Below are positions 49,866-58,305 of a DNA stretch of 64,000 bases, in pieces. Position 1 is the first letter of the stretch, and the number at the start of each line of letters is the position of its first letter. The notes under the pieces are model-generated. The model ran no database searches, was not told the origin of the DNA, and saw nothing but the letters and a program-made list of their open reading frames with translations. The translations under genes were made by a program, and so were the position numbers. Source of the DNA: Archaeoglobales archaeon (GTDB lineage: Archaea; Halobacteriota; Archaeoglobi; Archaeoglobales; Archaeoglobaceae); assembly GCA_030055595.1 (NCBI GenBank), contig JASFYH010000007.1, positions 662-64,661 of the forward strand, given 5' to 3'.

Positions 49866-50423
49866 TTAAGCAAGCTGAGTGCCAAGTTTATGAGCCAAAA
49901 TCAATAGATCTTCCCTATCTCTCACAGCTCCTGGCTCGTTAAGACCGTTTCCACCCACAATACCGACGAAGCTCATCCCCAAATGGGACAGTCTCACTCC
50001 AAGTTCTTTCATTACATTCTCTCCATCACTCCCTCTCCCCTGAGAATACACAAGAACGAGCTTCTTTCCCTTTAAAGCGGATTCGCCCCTCAATACATTT
50101 ATCAGTGCAAGGAGTCTGTCGAGAAGGGTTTTTGTTTGAGCGCTCACGTGTCCCATGTATATTGGCGTTCCAATTACAACCGCCTCCGCAGATCTTATAG
50201 CGTCATATATTCTTTGCATGTCGTCATTTTGCCTGCATTCACCATAAACCTGGCAATGAAAACATCCCTGACACCAGTTGATCTCCATGTCGTTTATTTT
50301 AAAAATTTCAACCTCCGCTCCTTTCAATTTTGCTCCTTCCAAAACCTTCTTCACGAGAATCTCGGTATTGCTTTCTGCCCTCGGGCTTCCAACAATACCT
50401 AAAACCTTCATGCGATTAGGCAA
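49866..50423 (-). CDS. Iron-sulfur flavoprotein / NADPH-dependent FMN reductase family
   Basis: 185 aa. GSPRAESNT flavodoxin-like loop and the compact CQGCFHCQVYGEC cluster motif typical of Isf. Confidence 0.75.
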   Translation of the reverse strand: MPNRMKVLGIVGSPRAESNTEILVKKVLEGAKLKGAEVEIFKINDMEINWCQGCFHCQVYGECRQNDDMQRIYDAIRSAEAVVIGTPIYMGHVSAQTKTLLDRLLALINVLRGESALKGKKLVLVYSQGRGSDGENVMKELGVRLSHLGMSFVGIVGGNGLNEPGAVRDREDLLILAHKLGTQLA

Positions 50424-50467
50424 GAGCTAAAAGCTTAAAAAATTTTCCAAAAAGCTTTTTCAGGAGA

Positions 50468-51910
50468 TTAGCCTTTAGTAACTCCAAGCGGAATTAACTT
50501 GGCGACGAGTGTTGAAATTCCCGCTCTGTGCACCACGTCAACTACCTCATCACTGATCTTGTAAGCTTCAGGAGCCTCTTCGGACAGCAAACCTTTTTCT
50601 GCGGATCTAACATAGATCCCCTTCTTTTCAAGATTCTGCCTGACAACATTGTCCCTCATTCTTCTTTTAGCCTCAGCCCTACTCCAAACACGCCCACTGC
50701 CGTGGCAAGTGCTTCCAAAAGTCTCAGCCATTGCTTTTTCAGTGCCTACAAGCACATAGCTCGGAGTGCCCATGCTTCCCGGAATTAATACGGGCTGACC
50801 GACGTTGCGATAAATAGCTGGCACCTCGCTTCTTCCAGCGGAGAACGCTCTCGTTGCACCCTTCCTATGGACGCAAACCTTCACTTTTTTCCCGTCGACC
50901 ACGTGTTCCTCAAACTTTGCAATGTTGTGAGCAACATCGTAAACGATCTCGAGTCCAAGATCTTCTTCGCTCATCTTGAAGACTTTGCTAAAGCTTTCCC
51001 TTACCCAGTGTGCAATGATCTGTCTGTTGCACCATGCATAATTTGCACTTGCAGCCATTCCCGCAAAGTAGTCTTCGCCTTCCTTGCTTTTGATTGGAGC
51101 ACATGCAAGCTGTCTGTCTGGCAGGGAGATGTTATACTTCTTAACCGCTCTGTCAAGGATCTCCAAAAAATCTGTGCAAACCTGATGCCCCAAGCCTCTG
51201 CTTCCACAGTGGATCATAACAGTCACAGTCCCCTCTTCAAGCCCAAAAACCTTAGCAACCTCTGGATTGTAGACTTTTTCCACATATTGCACTTCGAGAA
51301 AGTGATTTCCACTGCCGAGAGTGCCGAGCTGTGTTCTTCCACGATCCCTTGCCCTTCTGCTCACAACTTCCGCTCTTGCTCCGGGCATTGCTCCGTTTTC
51401 TTCGCATCTTTCCAAGTCTTCCTTGGTCCCATAGCCATTTTCGAGAGCCCATTTTGCCCCAGAGACGAAGATCTCATCAAGATCTTTGTCTTTGAGCGTG
51501 ATCTTGCCCTCGCTACCAACTCCAGAGGGCACCGCAACAAATAATGCATCGACAAGCTCCTTGATCCTCGGTTTAACCTGATCAACTTTAAAATTGCTCC
51601 GGAGAAGGCGAACACCACAATTTATGTCGAATCCAACACCTCCGGGAGATATGACACCTTCTTCTATATCAAAGCCAGCTACACCACCGATCGGAAATCC
51701 GTATCCCACATGGACGTCTGGCATTACAAGCGATGCCAGTTTTACTCCGGGCATTGTTGCAACATTCGCTGCCTGCTCTACCGCATCTTTTTCAAGATCC
51801 TTCATCAGCTTTCTGCTTATGTAAAAGTAAGCGGGAACTCGCATTCCCTTCTTGTAGTCCTTACTCAGCTCCCATTTGTAATCCGTAATCTTTTTAAGAA
51901 TGTCTTCCAT
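50468..51910 (-). CDS. rtcB: RtcB RNA 3'-phosphate ligase (tRNA-splicing ligase)
   Basis: 480 aa. MPDVHVGYGFPIGGV, GFDINCGVR, GSGNHF, HCGSRGLGHQ, CHGSGR. Confidence 0.95.
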   Translation of the reverse strand: MEDILKKITDYKWELSKDYKKGMRVPAYFYISRKLMKDLEKDAVEQAANVATMPGVKLASLVMPDVHVGYGFPIGGVAGFDIEEGVISPGGVGFDINCGVRLLRSNFKVDQVKPRIKELVDALFVAVPSGVGSEGKITLKDKDLDEIFVSGAKWALENGYGTKEDLERCEENGAMPGARAEVVSRRARDRGRTQLGTLGSGNHFLEVQYVEKVYNPEVAKVFGLEEGTVTVMIHCGSRGLGHQVCTDFLEILDRAVKKYNISLPDRQLACAPIKSKEGEDYFAGMAASANYAWCNRQIIAHWVRESFSKVFKMSEEDLGLEIVYDVAHNIAKFEEHVVDGKKVKVCVHRKGATRAFSAGRSEVPAIYRNVGQPVLIPGSMGTPSYVLVGTEKAMAETFGSTCHGSGRVWSRAEAKRRMRDNVVRQNLEKKGIYVRSAEKGLLSEEAPEAYKISDEVVDVVHRAGISTLVAKLIPLGVTKG

Positions 51911-52043
51911 GATTTCTATTCTCTTCGCGATTTATATCTCTTTATCTCCCCTTTGTATTAATCAGCGAAGAAAAAGTAATTACAAAAAAGAAATTTTAAT
52001 CGTATAGGAAAATTTTATTTATCAAAGAAGTTAGCCAAGATCT

Positions 52044-52619
52044 ATGAAAATAATCCAGAGCATTCTTGAAACCGCCGAGGAAGGGGACAAGATCTTAATA
52101 TCTTTCCCAGACATATATAGTTTCTATACCGTTTCTTCTTGGCTATCTGAGAAGTTTGGAGAGGTATTCTGGATATTGTGGACTGATGCTGCGGTTGAGC
52201 GTCTAAATCACTTTGCAAAAAAGTATGGGTTCCCTAAATCAGGCGACGCGCTAATTATATCTGCAGAAAAAGATTGTATTTACCTCCGAAGCACAGAAAA
52301 GCTGAATTTAGACGAGATCGAGGACATCAAAAATTTTATACCAGAAGATCGAATTGTAATCTCTTTTGGAGTTAATTTCCTCTTGCTCTACGGCTACGAT
52401 ATTTCGAAGGCAATTGAAGCTCTCATTGAGATCGAGAAGGGAGTTTTGATCACCGCTGTGATTGGAAAGGTGCCAAGCGAACTTCTAACTTTCCACGATG
52501 TCTTCATTGAGATCATAAAGAGTGAGGATTCATTTATTGCATATCATAACTACGTTGCAAAGCTGACTTTTTCGATGAAGGGGGGCGTTACAGTTGTGAG
52601 CGACAACTTAGGACAATGA
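52044..52619 (+). CDS. Hypothetical protein with a RecA/KaiC-like layout but no P-loop (DUF257-like, tentative)
   Basis: 191 aa. The N-terminal GDKILISFPDIYSFYTV occupies the place of a Walker A strand-loop but lacks GxxGxGK(S/T). Confidence 0.45.
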   Translation: MKIIQSILETAEEGDKILISFPDIYSFYTVSSWLSEKFGEVFWILWTDAAVERLNHFAKKYGFPKSGDALIISAEKDCIYLRSTEKLNLDEIEDIKNFIPEDRIVISFGVNFLLLYGYDISKAIEALIEIEKGVLITAVIGKVPSELLTFHDVFIEIIKSEDSFIAYHNYVAKLTFSMKGGVTVVSDNLGQ

Positions 52620-52655
52620 GGAACTTTTATAATTCCCAAGAACTGCAAGCTTTTA

Positions 52656-53714
52656 ATGGATCTTGCACAGCAGATAAGAGAGCTTGAAGAAGAAATAAAA
52701 AAGACTCCATACAATAAAGCCACGGAGCACCATGTTGGCAGGCTAAAAGCAAAGCTTGCAAGACTAAAAGAGGAGTTTGAAAAAGAAAAAGCAAGAAGTG
52801 CAAGACAACAAGCGATTACGATAAGAAAAGAGGGAGATGCGACAGTTGCTCTTGTGGGTTATCCCTCAGTAGGAAAGTCAACACTCTTGAATGCTCTAAC
52901 CGGTGCTAAAAGCGAAGTTGCGGACTACGATTTTACAACAAAGAAGCCTGTGCCCGGGATTATGGAATACAAACATGCCACTATCCAAGTCATAGACATG
53001 CCGGGACTTGTTGAGGGTGCTTCAAGTGGAAGGGGGAGAGGAAAAGAAGTTATTTCTGCAGTTAGAATTGCTGATCTCATAGTTATTGTTGCGGATGTTT
53101 TCAGACTGGAGACAATTGAGCTAATCAAGAGAGAGCTTTATGAAGGGGGTATAAGGCTTGATCAGAAGCCTCCTGAGATCATTATTAAGAAGAGAGAACG
53201 TGGTGGGATAAAGATAACCTCCACAGCTCCAATAGCCCTTGACGAGAAAACCGTTTATGAGATCATGAAAGAATACAGAATTCACAACGCTGAAGTCATA
53301 ATTCGAGATCCAATAACTTTAGATGAGCTTATAGACGTTCTGGCTGGAAATCGAGTTTATATTCCCTCTGTAACAGTTGTGAACAAGATCGATCTGATGG
53401 ACGTTGAGTGCGGGAGTATCAAGATCTCTGCAGAAAAAGGAGTAAATCTCGATTTGTTGAAAGAAGAGATCTACAAAAAACTCGATTTCGTAAACATTTA
53501 TCTCAAACCTCCCGGAGAGAGGGTAGCTGAGAAACCCATGGTTTTAAGAAGAGGTGCGAGAGTTGAAGACGTTTGCAGAAAACTGCACAAAGATTTTGTT
53601 GAAAAATTTAGATATGCAAGAGTTTGGGGGAGATCGGTCAAATTTGAAGGGCAAAGAGTTGGTTTAGACCATATCTTGTGCGATGGTGATATCCTCTCAA
53701 TCTACGCGGACTGA
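52656..53714 (+). CDS. DRG/Obg-family GTPase with C-terminal TGS domain
   Basis: 352 aa. G1 GYPSVGKSTLLN, G3 DMPGL, G4 NKID. C-terminal TGS (VLCDGDILSI). Confidence 0.85.
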   Translation: MDLAQQIRELEEEIKKTPYNKATEHHVGRLKAKLARLKEEFEKEKARSARQQAITIRKEGDATVALVGYPSVGKSTLLNALTGAKSEVADYDFTTKKPVPGIMEYKHATIQVIDMPGLVEGASSGRGRGKEVISAVRIADLIVIVADVFRLETIELIKRELYEGGIRLDQKPPEIIIKKRERGGIKITSTAPIALDEKTVYEIMKEYRIHNAEVIIRDPITLDELIDVLAGNRVYIPSVTVVNKIDLMDVECGSIKISAEKGVNLDLLKEEIYKKLDFVNIYLKPPGERVAEKPMVLRRGARVEDVCRKLHKDFVEKFRYARVWGRSVKFEGQRVGLDHILCDGDILSIYAD

Positions 53715-53719
53715 TTTTA

Positions 53720-53736
53720 CGGTTTTGTAAAAACCG
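53720..53736. repeat. 7-bp inverted repeat CGGTTTT-GTA-AAAACCG just after the GTPase stop (possible 3'-end hairpin)
   Basis: Read directly from the sequence, 6 nt after the TGA at 53712-53714. TATA-like ACTTATAAAT for the next operon follows. Confidence 0.35.
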
Positions 53737-53782
53737 ATAAAAACTTATAAATCCCGACGTTTAATTTAACTTGGTGGTCTAA

Positions 53783-54097
53783 ATGAGGAAGATTGATGAA
53801 AAAGAATTCCTGAATTTGATCAGAAGCGACAAACTCGTGGTAGTGGACTTCTACGCGGACTGGTGTATGCCTTGTCGTTATTTGAGTCCAGTGCTTGAGA
53901 AGCTTTCAAAAGAGTATAAAGAAGTGGAGTTTTACAAGCTTAACGTAGACGAGAACCAAGAGCTTGCATTCGAATATGGAATATCAAGCATACCCACAGT
54001 CCTATTCTTCAAAAACGGACAGATCGTTGGAGGTTTTGTTGGAGCGATGCCCGAGAGCATGGTAAAGGCTGAGATTGAGAAAACACTGAGTTTATGA
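53783..54097 (+). CDS. trx: Thioredoxin (active site WCMPC)
   Basis: 104 aa. VVDFYADWCMPCR...IPTVLFFKNG is the thioredoxin fold signature. Confidence 0.85.
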   Translation: MRKIDEKEFLNLIRSDKLVVVDFYADWCMPCRYLSPVLEKLSKEYKEVEFYKLNVDENQELAFEYGISSIPTVLFFKNGQIVGGFVGAMPESMVKAEIEKTLSL

Positions 54098-54462
54098 TTT
54101 TTTTAAAGCAAGCCTCAAAAACAATGGACTGTAATAGCATTTTTGAATGTTTTTTTGGTCTCAATTCTGAAGATGTTAGAGTTTACTTTGCCCTTCTGCA
54201 AGGGATTGAAAGAATTGAAGAGCTTGGCTCAGCTCTGGGCAAAAAGGAGAGCTCCATTTATAAATCGCTTCAAAAACTTCTAATTGCGGGCTTAGCTTAC
54301 AGAGAGAAGAAAACAATACCGGGAGGCGGTTATTACTTTATTTATAGGGCAGTGCCTAAAGAGGTCGTTGCAAAGGAGATAGAAAATCTTTTAGACGAGT
54401 TCTATGAAAAAGTCAAGAAACTACTGGGTGATTTGCTTGCAGATCGCAGTTCTGGGCTGTAA
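54094..54462 (+). CDS. TrmB-like winged-helix protein
   Basis: 122 aa. GLNSEDVRVYFALLQG..IEELGSALGKKESSIYKSLQKLLIAGLAYR. ATGA overlap with the trx stop. Confidence 0.6.
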   Translation: MIFLKQASKTMDCNSIFECFFGLNSEDVRVYFALLQGIERIEELGSALGKKESSIYKSLQKLLIAGLAYREKKTIPGGGYYFIYRAVPKEVVAKEIENLLDEFYEKVKKLLGDLLADRSSGL

Positions 54463-54613
54463 AGGTTGCAGAAGTTGCGATCGAGTCTGTCCCGTGCCGA
54501 ATGCTATAGTAAGAGATGGTGGAAAAGTTATTCGGATCGATCCCGAGAAGTGCGTTGGTTGCTTAGAGTGTGTGAAAGTATGTCCCTATCGTGCTCTGAT
54601 GGCAATGGATTGA
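54404..54613 (+). CDS. 2x[4Fe-4S] ferredoxin
   Basis: Two complete CxxCxxCxxxCP motifs (CKGCRSCDRVCP, CVGCLECVKVCP). The start is ATG 54404, or GTG 54428 or TTG 54437. All three overlap the upstream gene. Confidence 0.8.
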   Translation: MKKSRNYWVICLQIAVLGCKGCRSCDRVCPVPNAIVRDGGKVIRIDPEKCVGCLECVKVCPYRALMAMD

Positions 54614-55128
54614 CTTTTCCAGATGAAAAAATTCTAAAAATCGTAGAGAAATATATCGAGACGGGACTAATACCATTGAAAGAACTTGACGATGAAAAGA
54701 TGCTCACTTTGGACTTTTTTAAACTTGCAGTTCCTTTGGAGTCGATTAATGGATCTCTGGCCTGGAAACATAGAAATTTCGGTTCAGAAATGGAGATCCC
54801 ATATATTGTCCGATTTTACTTTAAAAACAACAGAAATTGGAGAAAGGCGATTTTAGAATATTTTAAAGCAATAGGGGAACAAGATCCAGAAGAATTTGTC
54901 AGGATCTTTGGAGAAGTTGTTGAGAACGCTAAGGGGTTGTTGATCTGTTGTGAAGATCTAGTTGACATAGCAATGAAGCATGGAAAGGAGCCCGGAGCTC
55001 TTATCTCCGAACTTAAAGGTTCAGGTTTGATCAGTCCTATAGTAGGTTGTGGAGTTTTCGGCAAATCTAAAGCTCCGCTTTACGAGATCAACAGATTTTT
55101 CGCAATACTCTTAAAAATCGAAGAATAA
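54610..55128 (+). CDS. Hypothetical protein (about 173 aa), last gene of the trx-wHTH-ferredoxin operon
   Basis: Track ORF 54466-55128. The portion upstream of 54610 lies out of frame inside the ferredoxin gene and reads as R/S/C-rich noise. TTG at 54610 overlaps the ferredoxin TGA (TTGA). Confidence 0.5.
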   Translation: MTFPDEKILKIVEKYIETGLIPLKELDDEKMLTLDFFKLAVPLESINGSLAWKHRNFGSEMEIPYIVRFYFKNNRNWRKAILEYFKAIGEQDPEEFVRIFGEVVENAKGLLICCEDLVDIAMKHGKEPGALISELKGSGLISPIVGCGVFGKSKAPLYEINRFFAILLKIEE

Positions 55129-55129
55129 T

Positions 55130-56290
55130 TTGGATGTGCTGATCGCCCTTTCAATCCATGGTGAAGACAAACCGGGACTCGTTTATGCAGTTTCAAAGGC
55201 ATTGGCAAGTTGCAATGCCAACATAGTGGACATAGAACAGACTGTTCTACAAGGGATCTTTGCGATGTTCATCGTTGCTGAAGCGGGAGATCTTGAGTGC
55301 GTTGAGAAGAGACTTGTCAAGTTATCAACAGATCTTGGTATTAAAATCACTATAAGTCCTTTTGAGAGGAAGAAATCGAAGGAAAAGAATCTATACGTCA
55401 TAAATGTCCTTGGAAAGGATAGAGTTGGAATTGTCAGAGATATAACCGAGGTCTTGCTGAAGTTTGGAATCAACATCGAGAGAACAAGCTTAACTGCAAG
55501 AGATAAGCTCATTTCAATAGAGTTTATTGTAGACGTCGGGAGTGCGGATCTCTCAAAGCTAAAAAGAGAGCTTTTAAAAGAAGGGGAGAAAATTGGACTC
55601 GATATTGTTGTCCAAGAATATGAATCCGCAGTTAGGGAGAAAAGATTGATCGTTTTCGACCTCGATTCAACTCTCATAGATGCTGAAATAATAGACGAGC
55701 TAGCAAGAGAGGCGGGAGTTGAGAAAGAAGTCAAAGAATTGACAAAAAAGGCTATGAATGGGGAAATGAGTTTCAAAGAGGCTTTGCAAGAAAGAATTAA
55801 ACTCCTAAAGGGTTTACCAGTCGAAGTGCTTGAAAAGATCTATTCGAGGGTTGAGTTCACTGAAGGGGCGAAGGAGTTAATCTCCGCTTTAAAGAGGGCG
55901 GGCTACAAAATTGCTGTCGTAAGCGGTAGTTTCACATACTTTACAAATCGAATAAAAGAAGAGCTTGGGTTGGATTACGCCTTCGGTAATGAGCTTGAGA
56001 TCTTAGACGGGAGGCTTACAGGAAACATTAAAGGTCGAATAATCGATGCAGAAGAGAAAGCTAGAATAGTAGAAGAAATAGCCAGAAAAGAAGGGATCAG
56101 CACGGATAAAGTTGTTGCGGTTGGTGATGGGGCTAATGATAGGCTTATGATCGAGAAAGCGGGACTTGGAATTGCATTTAATGCCAAAAAAGTTCTTAAA
56201 GAAATTGCAGATGGAAACATTTCGAAGAATAATCTCATAGGTTTAGCAAGTGTGCTCAAGCTACCCTCTGAATTTACAAAAAGACTATGA
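55130..56290 (+). CDS. serB: Phosphoserine phosphatase with two N-terminal ACT domains
   Basis: 386 aa. ACT repeats (GEDKPGLVYAVSKALA, GKDRVGIVRDITEVL). HAD motifs FDLDSTL, VVSGSF, GDGANDRLM. Confidence 0.85.
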   Translation: MDVLIALSIHGEDKPGLVYAVSKALASCNANIVDIEQTVLQGIFAMFIVAEAGDLECVEKRLVKLSTDLGIKITISPFERKKSKEKNLYVINVLGKDRVGIVRDITEVLLKFGINIERTSLTARDKLISIEFIVDVGSADLSKLKRELLKEGEKIGLDIVVQEYESAVREKRLIVFDLDSTLIDAEIIDELAREAGVEKEVKELTKKAMNGEMSFKEALQERIKLLKGLPVEVLEKIYSRVEFTEGAKELISALKRAGYKIAVVSGSFTYFTNRIKEELGLDYAFGNELEILDGRLTGNIKGRIIDAEEKARIVEEIARKEGISTDKVVAVGDGANDRLMIEKAGLGIAFNAKKVLKEIADGNISKNNLIGLASVLKLPSEFTKRL

Positions 56291-57135
56291 AACTGATTCT
56301 TGCGATCTATTTAACAACCTTTCTGATCAAGATCTTCGCTTACCTTTCTTCAAATGTAACTGCGATCTTTGCGGATGCGCTCCACTCCGTTGTTGACATT
56401 ATGCTCCTTCTTCTGTTAGCGACCGCTTCTAAAGTTTCAGAAATAAAAGCTGATAAGTTGCACCCAATGGGTCACGGTTTAGTAAAAAATGTCGCTTCTT
56501 TAGCTATTTCCGTTGCCTTCATTACAATTTTGGCTTTCGAACTGCTCAAAGAGGGGCTAAACAAAATTATAAACCCTATTAAAAACTACCCCAACCTTGA
56601 AATAGCTTTAATTGCGGAATTTTCGGTTTTAGCTCTCTTATTGCTTGGGACGGTTGTATACAAAAGAAAAAAAGGAGTTATCAGCAGAACCATAATGTTT
56701 GAGAGCTTGAACGATTCTCTTTCAACCATTGCAGCGATCTTGGGTATTCTTGCTATCTCTTGGGGTTATCCCCTATCTGACGGCATTGCAACTATCATAA
56801 TCGCCCTTCTAATAGTTTTTAATTCTATCAGACTCTTCTTAGAGAATGCAAAACTTCTCATTGGAATGTCGCCACCAGAGGAGTTCTACCGCAAGATCGA
56901 GAACTTCTGCTTGGAAAAGGGTATTAAAGGAGTTCATGATATGGTAGCGATCTATTTAGACGAGGGAACGATCCATTTGGACATGCACGTGACTGTGGAC
57001 GGAGAAATGAGTGTTAAAAAGGCTGATGAGCTGATTGAAGGGCTTGCAGAAGAGTTAAAAGATAAATTTCCAAATATAAAACACATCTCCATACACCTCT
57101 GCCCACACGGGGGAAATAGAAGGAAAATTTACTAA
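56287..57135 (+). CDS. Cation diffusion facilitator (CDF) family transporter
   Basis: 282 aa, 6 TM. HSVVD in TM2 and a cytoplasmic C-terminal domain. ATGA overlap with serB. Confidence 0.75.
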   Translation: MKLILAIYLTTFLIKIFAYLSSNVTAIFADALHSVVDIMLLLLLATASKVSEIKADKLHPMGHGLVKNVASLAISVAFITILAFELLKEGLNKIINPIKNYPNLEIALIAEFSVLALLLLGTVVYKRKKGVISRTIMFESLNDSLSTIAAILGILAISWGYPLSDGIATIIIALLIVFNSIRLFLENAKLLIGMSPPEEFYRKIENFCLEKGIKGVHDMVAIYLDEGTIHLDMHVTVDGEMSVKKADELIEGLAEELKDKFPNIKHISIHLCPHGGNRRKIY

Positions 57136-57168
57136 GAGATAAATATTTTAAAGAGCCAGTATCTCATT

Positions 57169-58164
57169 ATGCGAACGATCTTCTGGAAAGATTGCTTGTG
57201 GCTCATTGATCAGACTAAGCTTCCGGAAAAAGAGGAATTAATCCCCTGTAGAAGAGTTGATGAACTTGTAGAAGCTATAAAAAGGCTTGCAATCCGTGGT
57301 GCTCCCGCTCTTGAAGCAGCTGGGGCTTATGGTGTCGCTCTTGCGAGTTTTGAGAGGGAATTTTCAGGCTTGGAAGAAATTAGGCAATATTTAGTTGAAA
57401 AAGCAAAGTTGATCGCTTCAGCAAGACCCACTGCTGTTAATCTTTCCGTTGGAGTTGAAAAAGTGCTCAAAAGAGCTCTTGAAGGAAATAGCATTGAAGA
57501 GGTCAGAAGTATTGCGCTTAGAGAAGCAGAAAGAGTTGCTGAAGAGGATATAGAGAGAAACAAGAAGATTGGAGGAAACGGGGCAAAATTGCTCGAAGAT
57601 GGCGACGTGGTGCTCACATATTGCAACACTGGAAGGCTTGCCACTGTAGACTGGGGGACCGCTTTAGGAGTAATAAGATCCGCAGTTGAGGAGGGAAAAA
57701 AGATCAGAGTTTTTGCTTGCGAAACAAGACCGCTTAACCAAGGATCAAGGCTCACGTGCTACGAGCTCATGAAAGATCGTATTGATGTGACGCTGATCAC
57801 AGACTCGGCGGTCGGCATTGTGATTAAAAAAGGATTTGTAAACAAGGTCATTGTGGGAGCGGACAGAATTGTGAGAGATGGTTTTTTCAACAAGATCGGG
57901 ACTTATACAGTTGCGATCACAGCAAAACACCACAGGATTCCATTCTATGTAGCAGCACCAAAGAGCACGTTTGATCTAAGCAGAACTTCTGAAGATGTGG
58001 TTATTGAAGAAAGAGGGGCAGAGGAGTTGATTTACTGCGGTGATAAACTTTTAGCCCCTAAGGACGTGAAAGTTTACAATCCCGCATTTGATTTTACACC
58101 ATTAGAGCTCGTTAGTGCCATAATTACTGAAGAGGGGGTAATTTATCCACCATTCAATTTTTAA
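57169..58164 (+). CDS. mtnA: Methylthioribose-1-phosphate isomerase (eIF-2B alpha/beta/delta-like family)
   Basis: 331 aa. WLIDQTKLPEKEE...AIKRLAIRGAPALEAAG and YCNTG...ETRPLNQG match the MtnA subgroup rather than the ribose-1,5-bisphosphate isomerase subgroup. Confidence 0.75.
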   Translation: MRTIFWKDCLWLIDQTKLPEKEELIPCRRVDELVEAIKRLAIRGAPALEAAGAYGVALASFEREFSGLEEIRQYLVEKAKLIASARPTAVNLSVGVEKVLKRALEGNSIEEVRSIALREAERVAEEDIERNKKIGGNGAKLLEDGDVVLTYCNTGRLATVDWGTALGVIRSAVEEGKKIRVFACETRPLNQGSRLTCYELMKDRIDVTLITDSAVGIVIKKGFVNKVIVGADRIVRDGFFNKIGTYTVAITAKHHRIPFYVAAPKSTFDLSRTSEDVVIEERGAEELIYCGDKLLAPKDVKVYNPAFDFTPLELVSAIITEEGVIYPPFNF

Positions 58165-58203
58165 CCTAAGGCAAAGATTATTTACCCTTGGCTTAAGATC
58201 AGA

Positions 58204-58259
58204 GTGCCGATGATGACTGATGGGCGATCTGATCGGTGATGATAGGGAGAGTCTGAGGT
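58204..58259 (+). ncRNA. C/D box sRNA candidate (2'-O-methylation guide)
   Basis: Intergenic. C box AUGAUGA (58210-58216). 12-nt guide CUGAUGGGCGAU. D' box CUGA (58229-58232). 3-nt loop. C' box GUGAUGA (58236-58242). 10-nt guide UAGGGAGAGU. D box CUGA (58253-58256). Flanking CC/GG can close a terminal stem. Confidence 0.55.
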
Positions 58260-58305
58260 TTTTAATTTGCCAGAAAATTTTTAATTCATTTAACAAGGCT
58301 CGATC

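Noticed and set aside
50867-51544. 225-aa ORF on the plus strand inside rtcB
   Set aside because: It is antisense to RtcB, which carries all of its signature motifs. The ORF has no recognisable motifs and a biased composition.
54466-54609. Upstream 48 codons of the 220-aa ORF overlapping the ferredoxin gene
   Set aside because: This stretch is the alternate frame of a ferredoxin with two perfect cluster motifs and reads as R/S/C/W-rich noise. A TTG at 54610 overlapping the ferredoxin stop is the more plausible start.
55183-55776. 197-aa ORF on the minus strand inside serB
   Set aside because: It lies entirely antisense to a motif-rich serB gene. The translation is S/L/F/T-rich and low-complexity, typical of the antisense frame of an E/K/I-rich gene.
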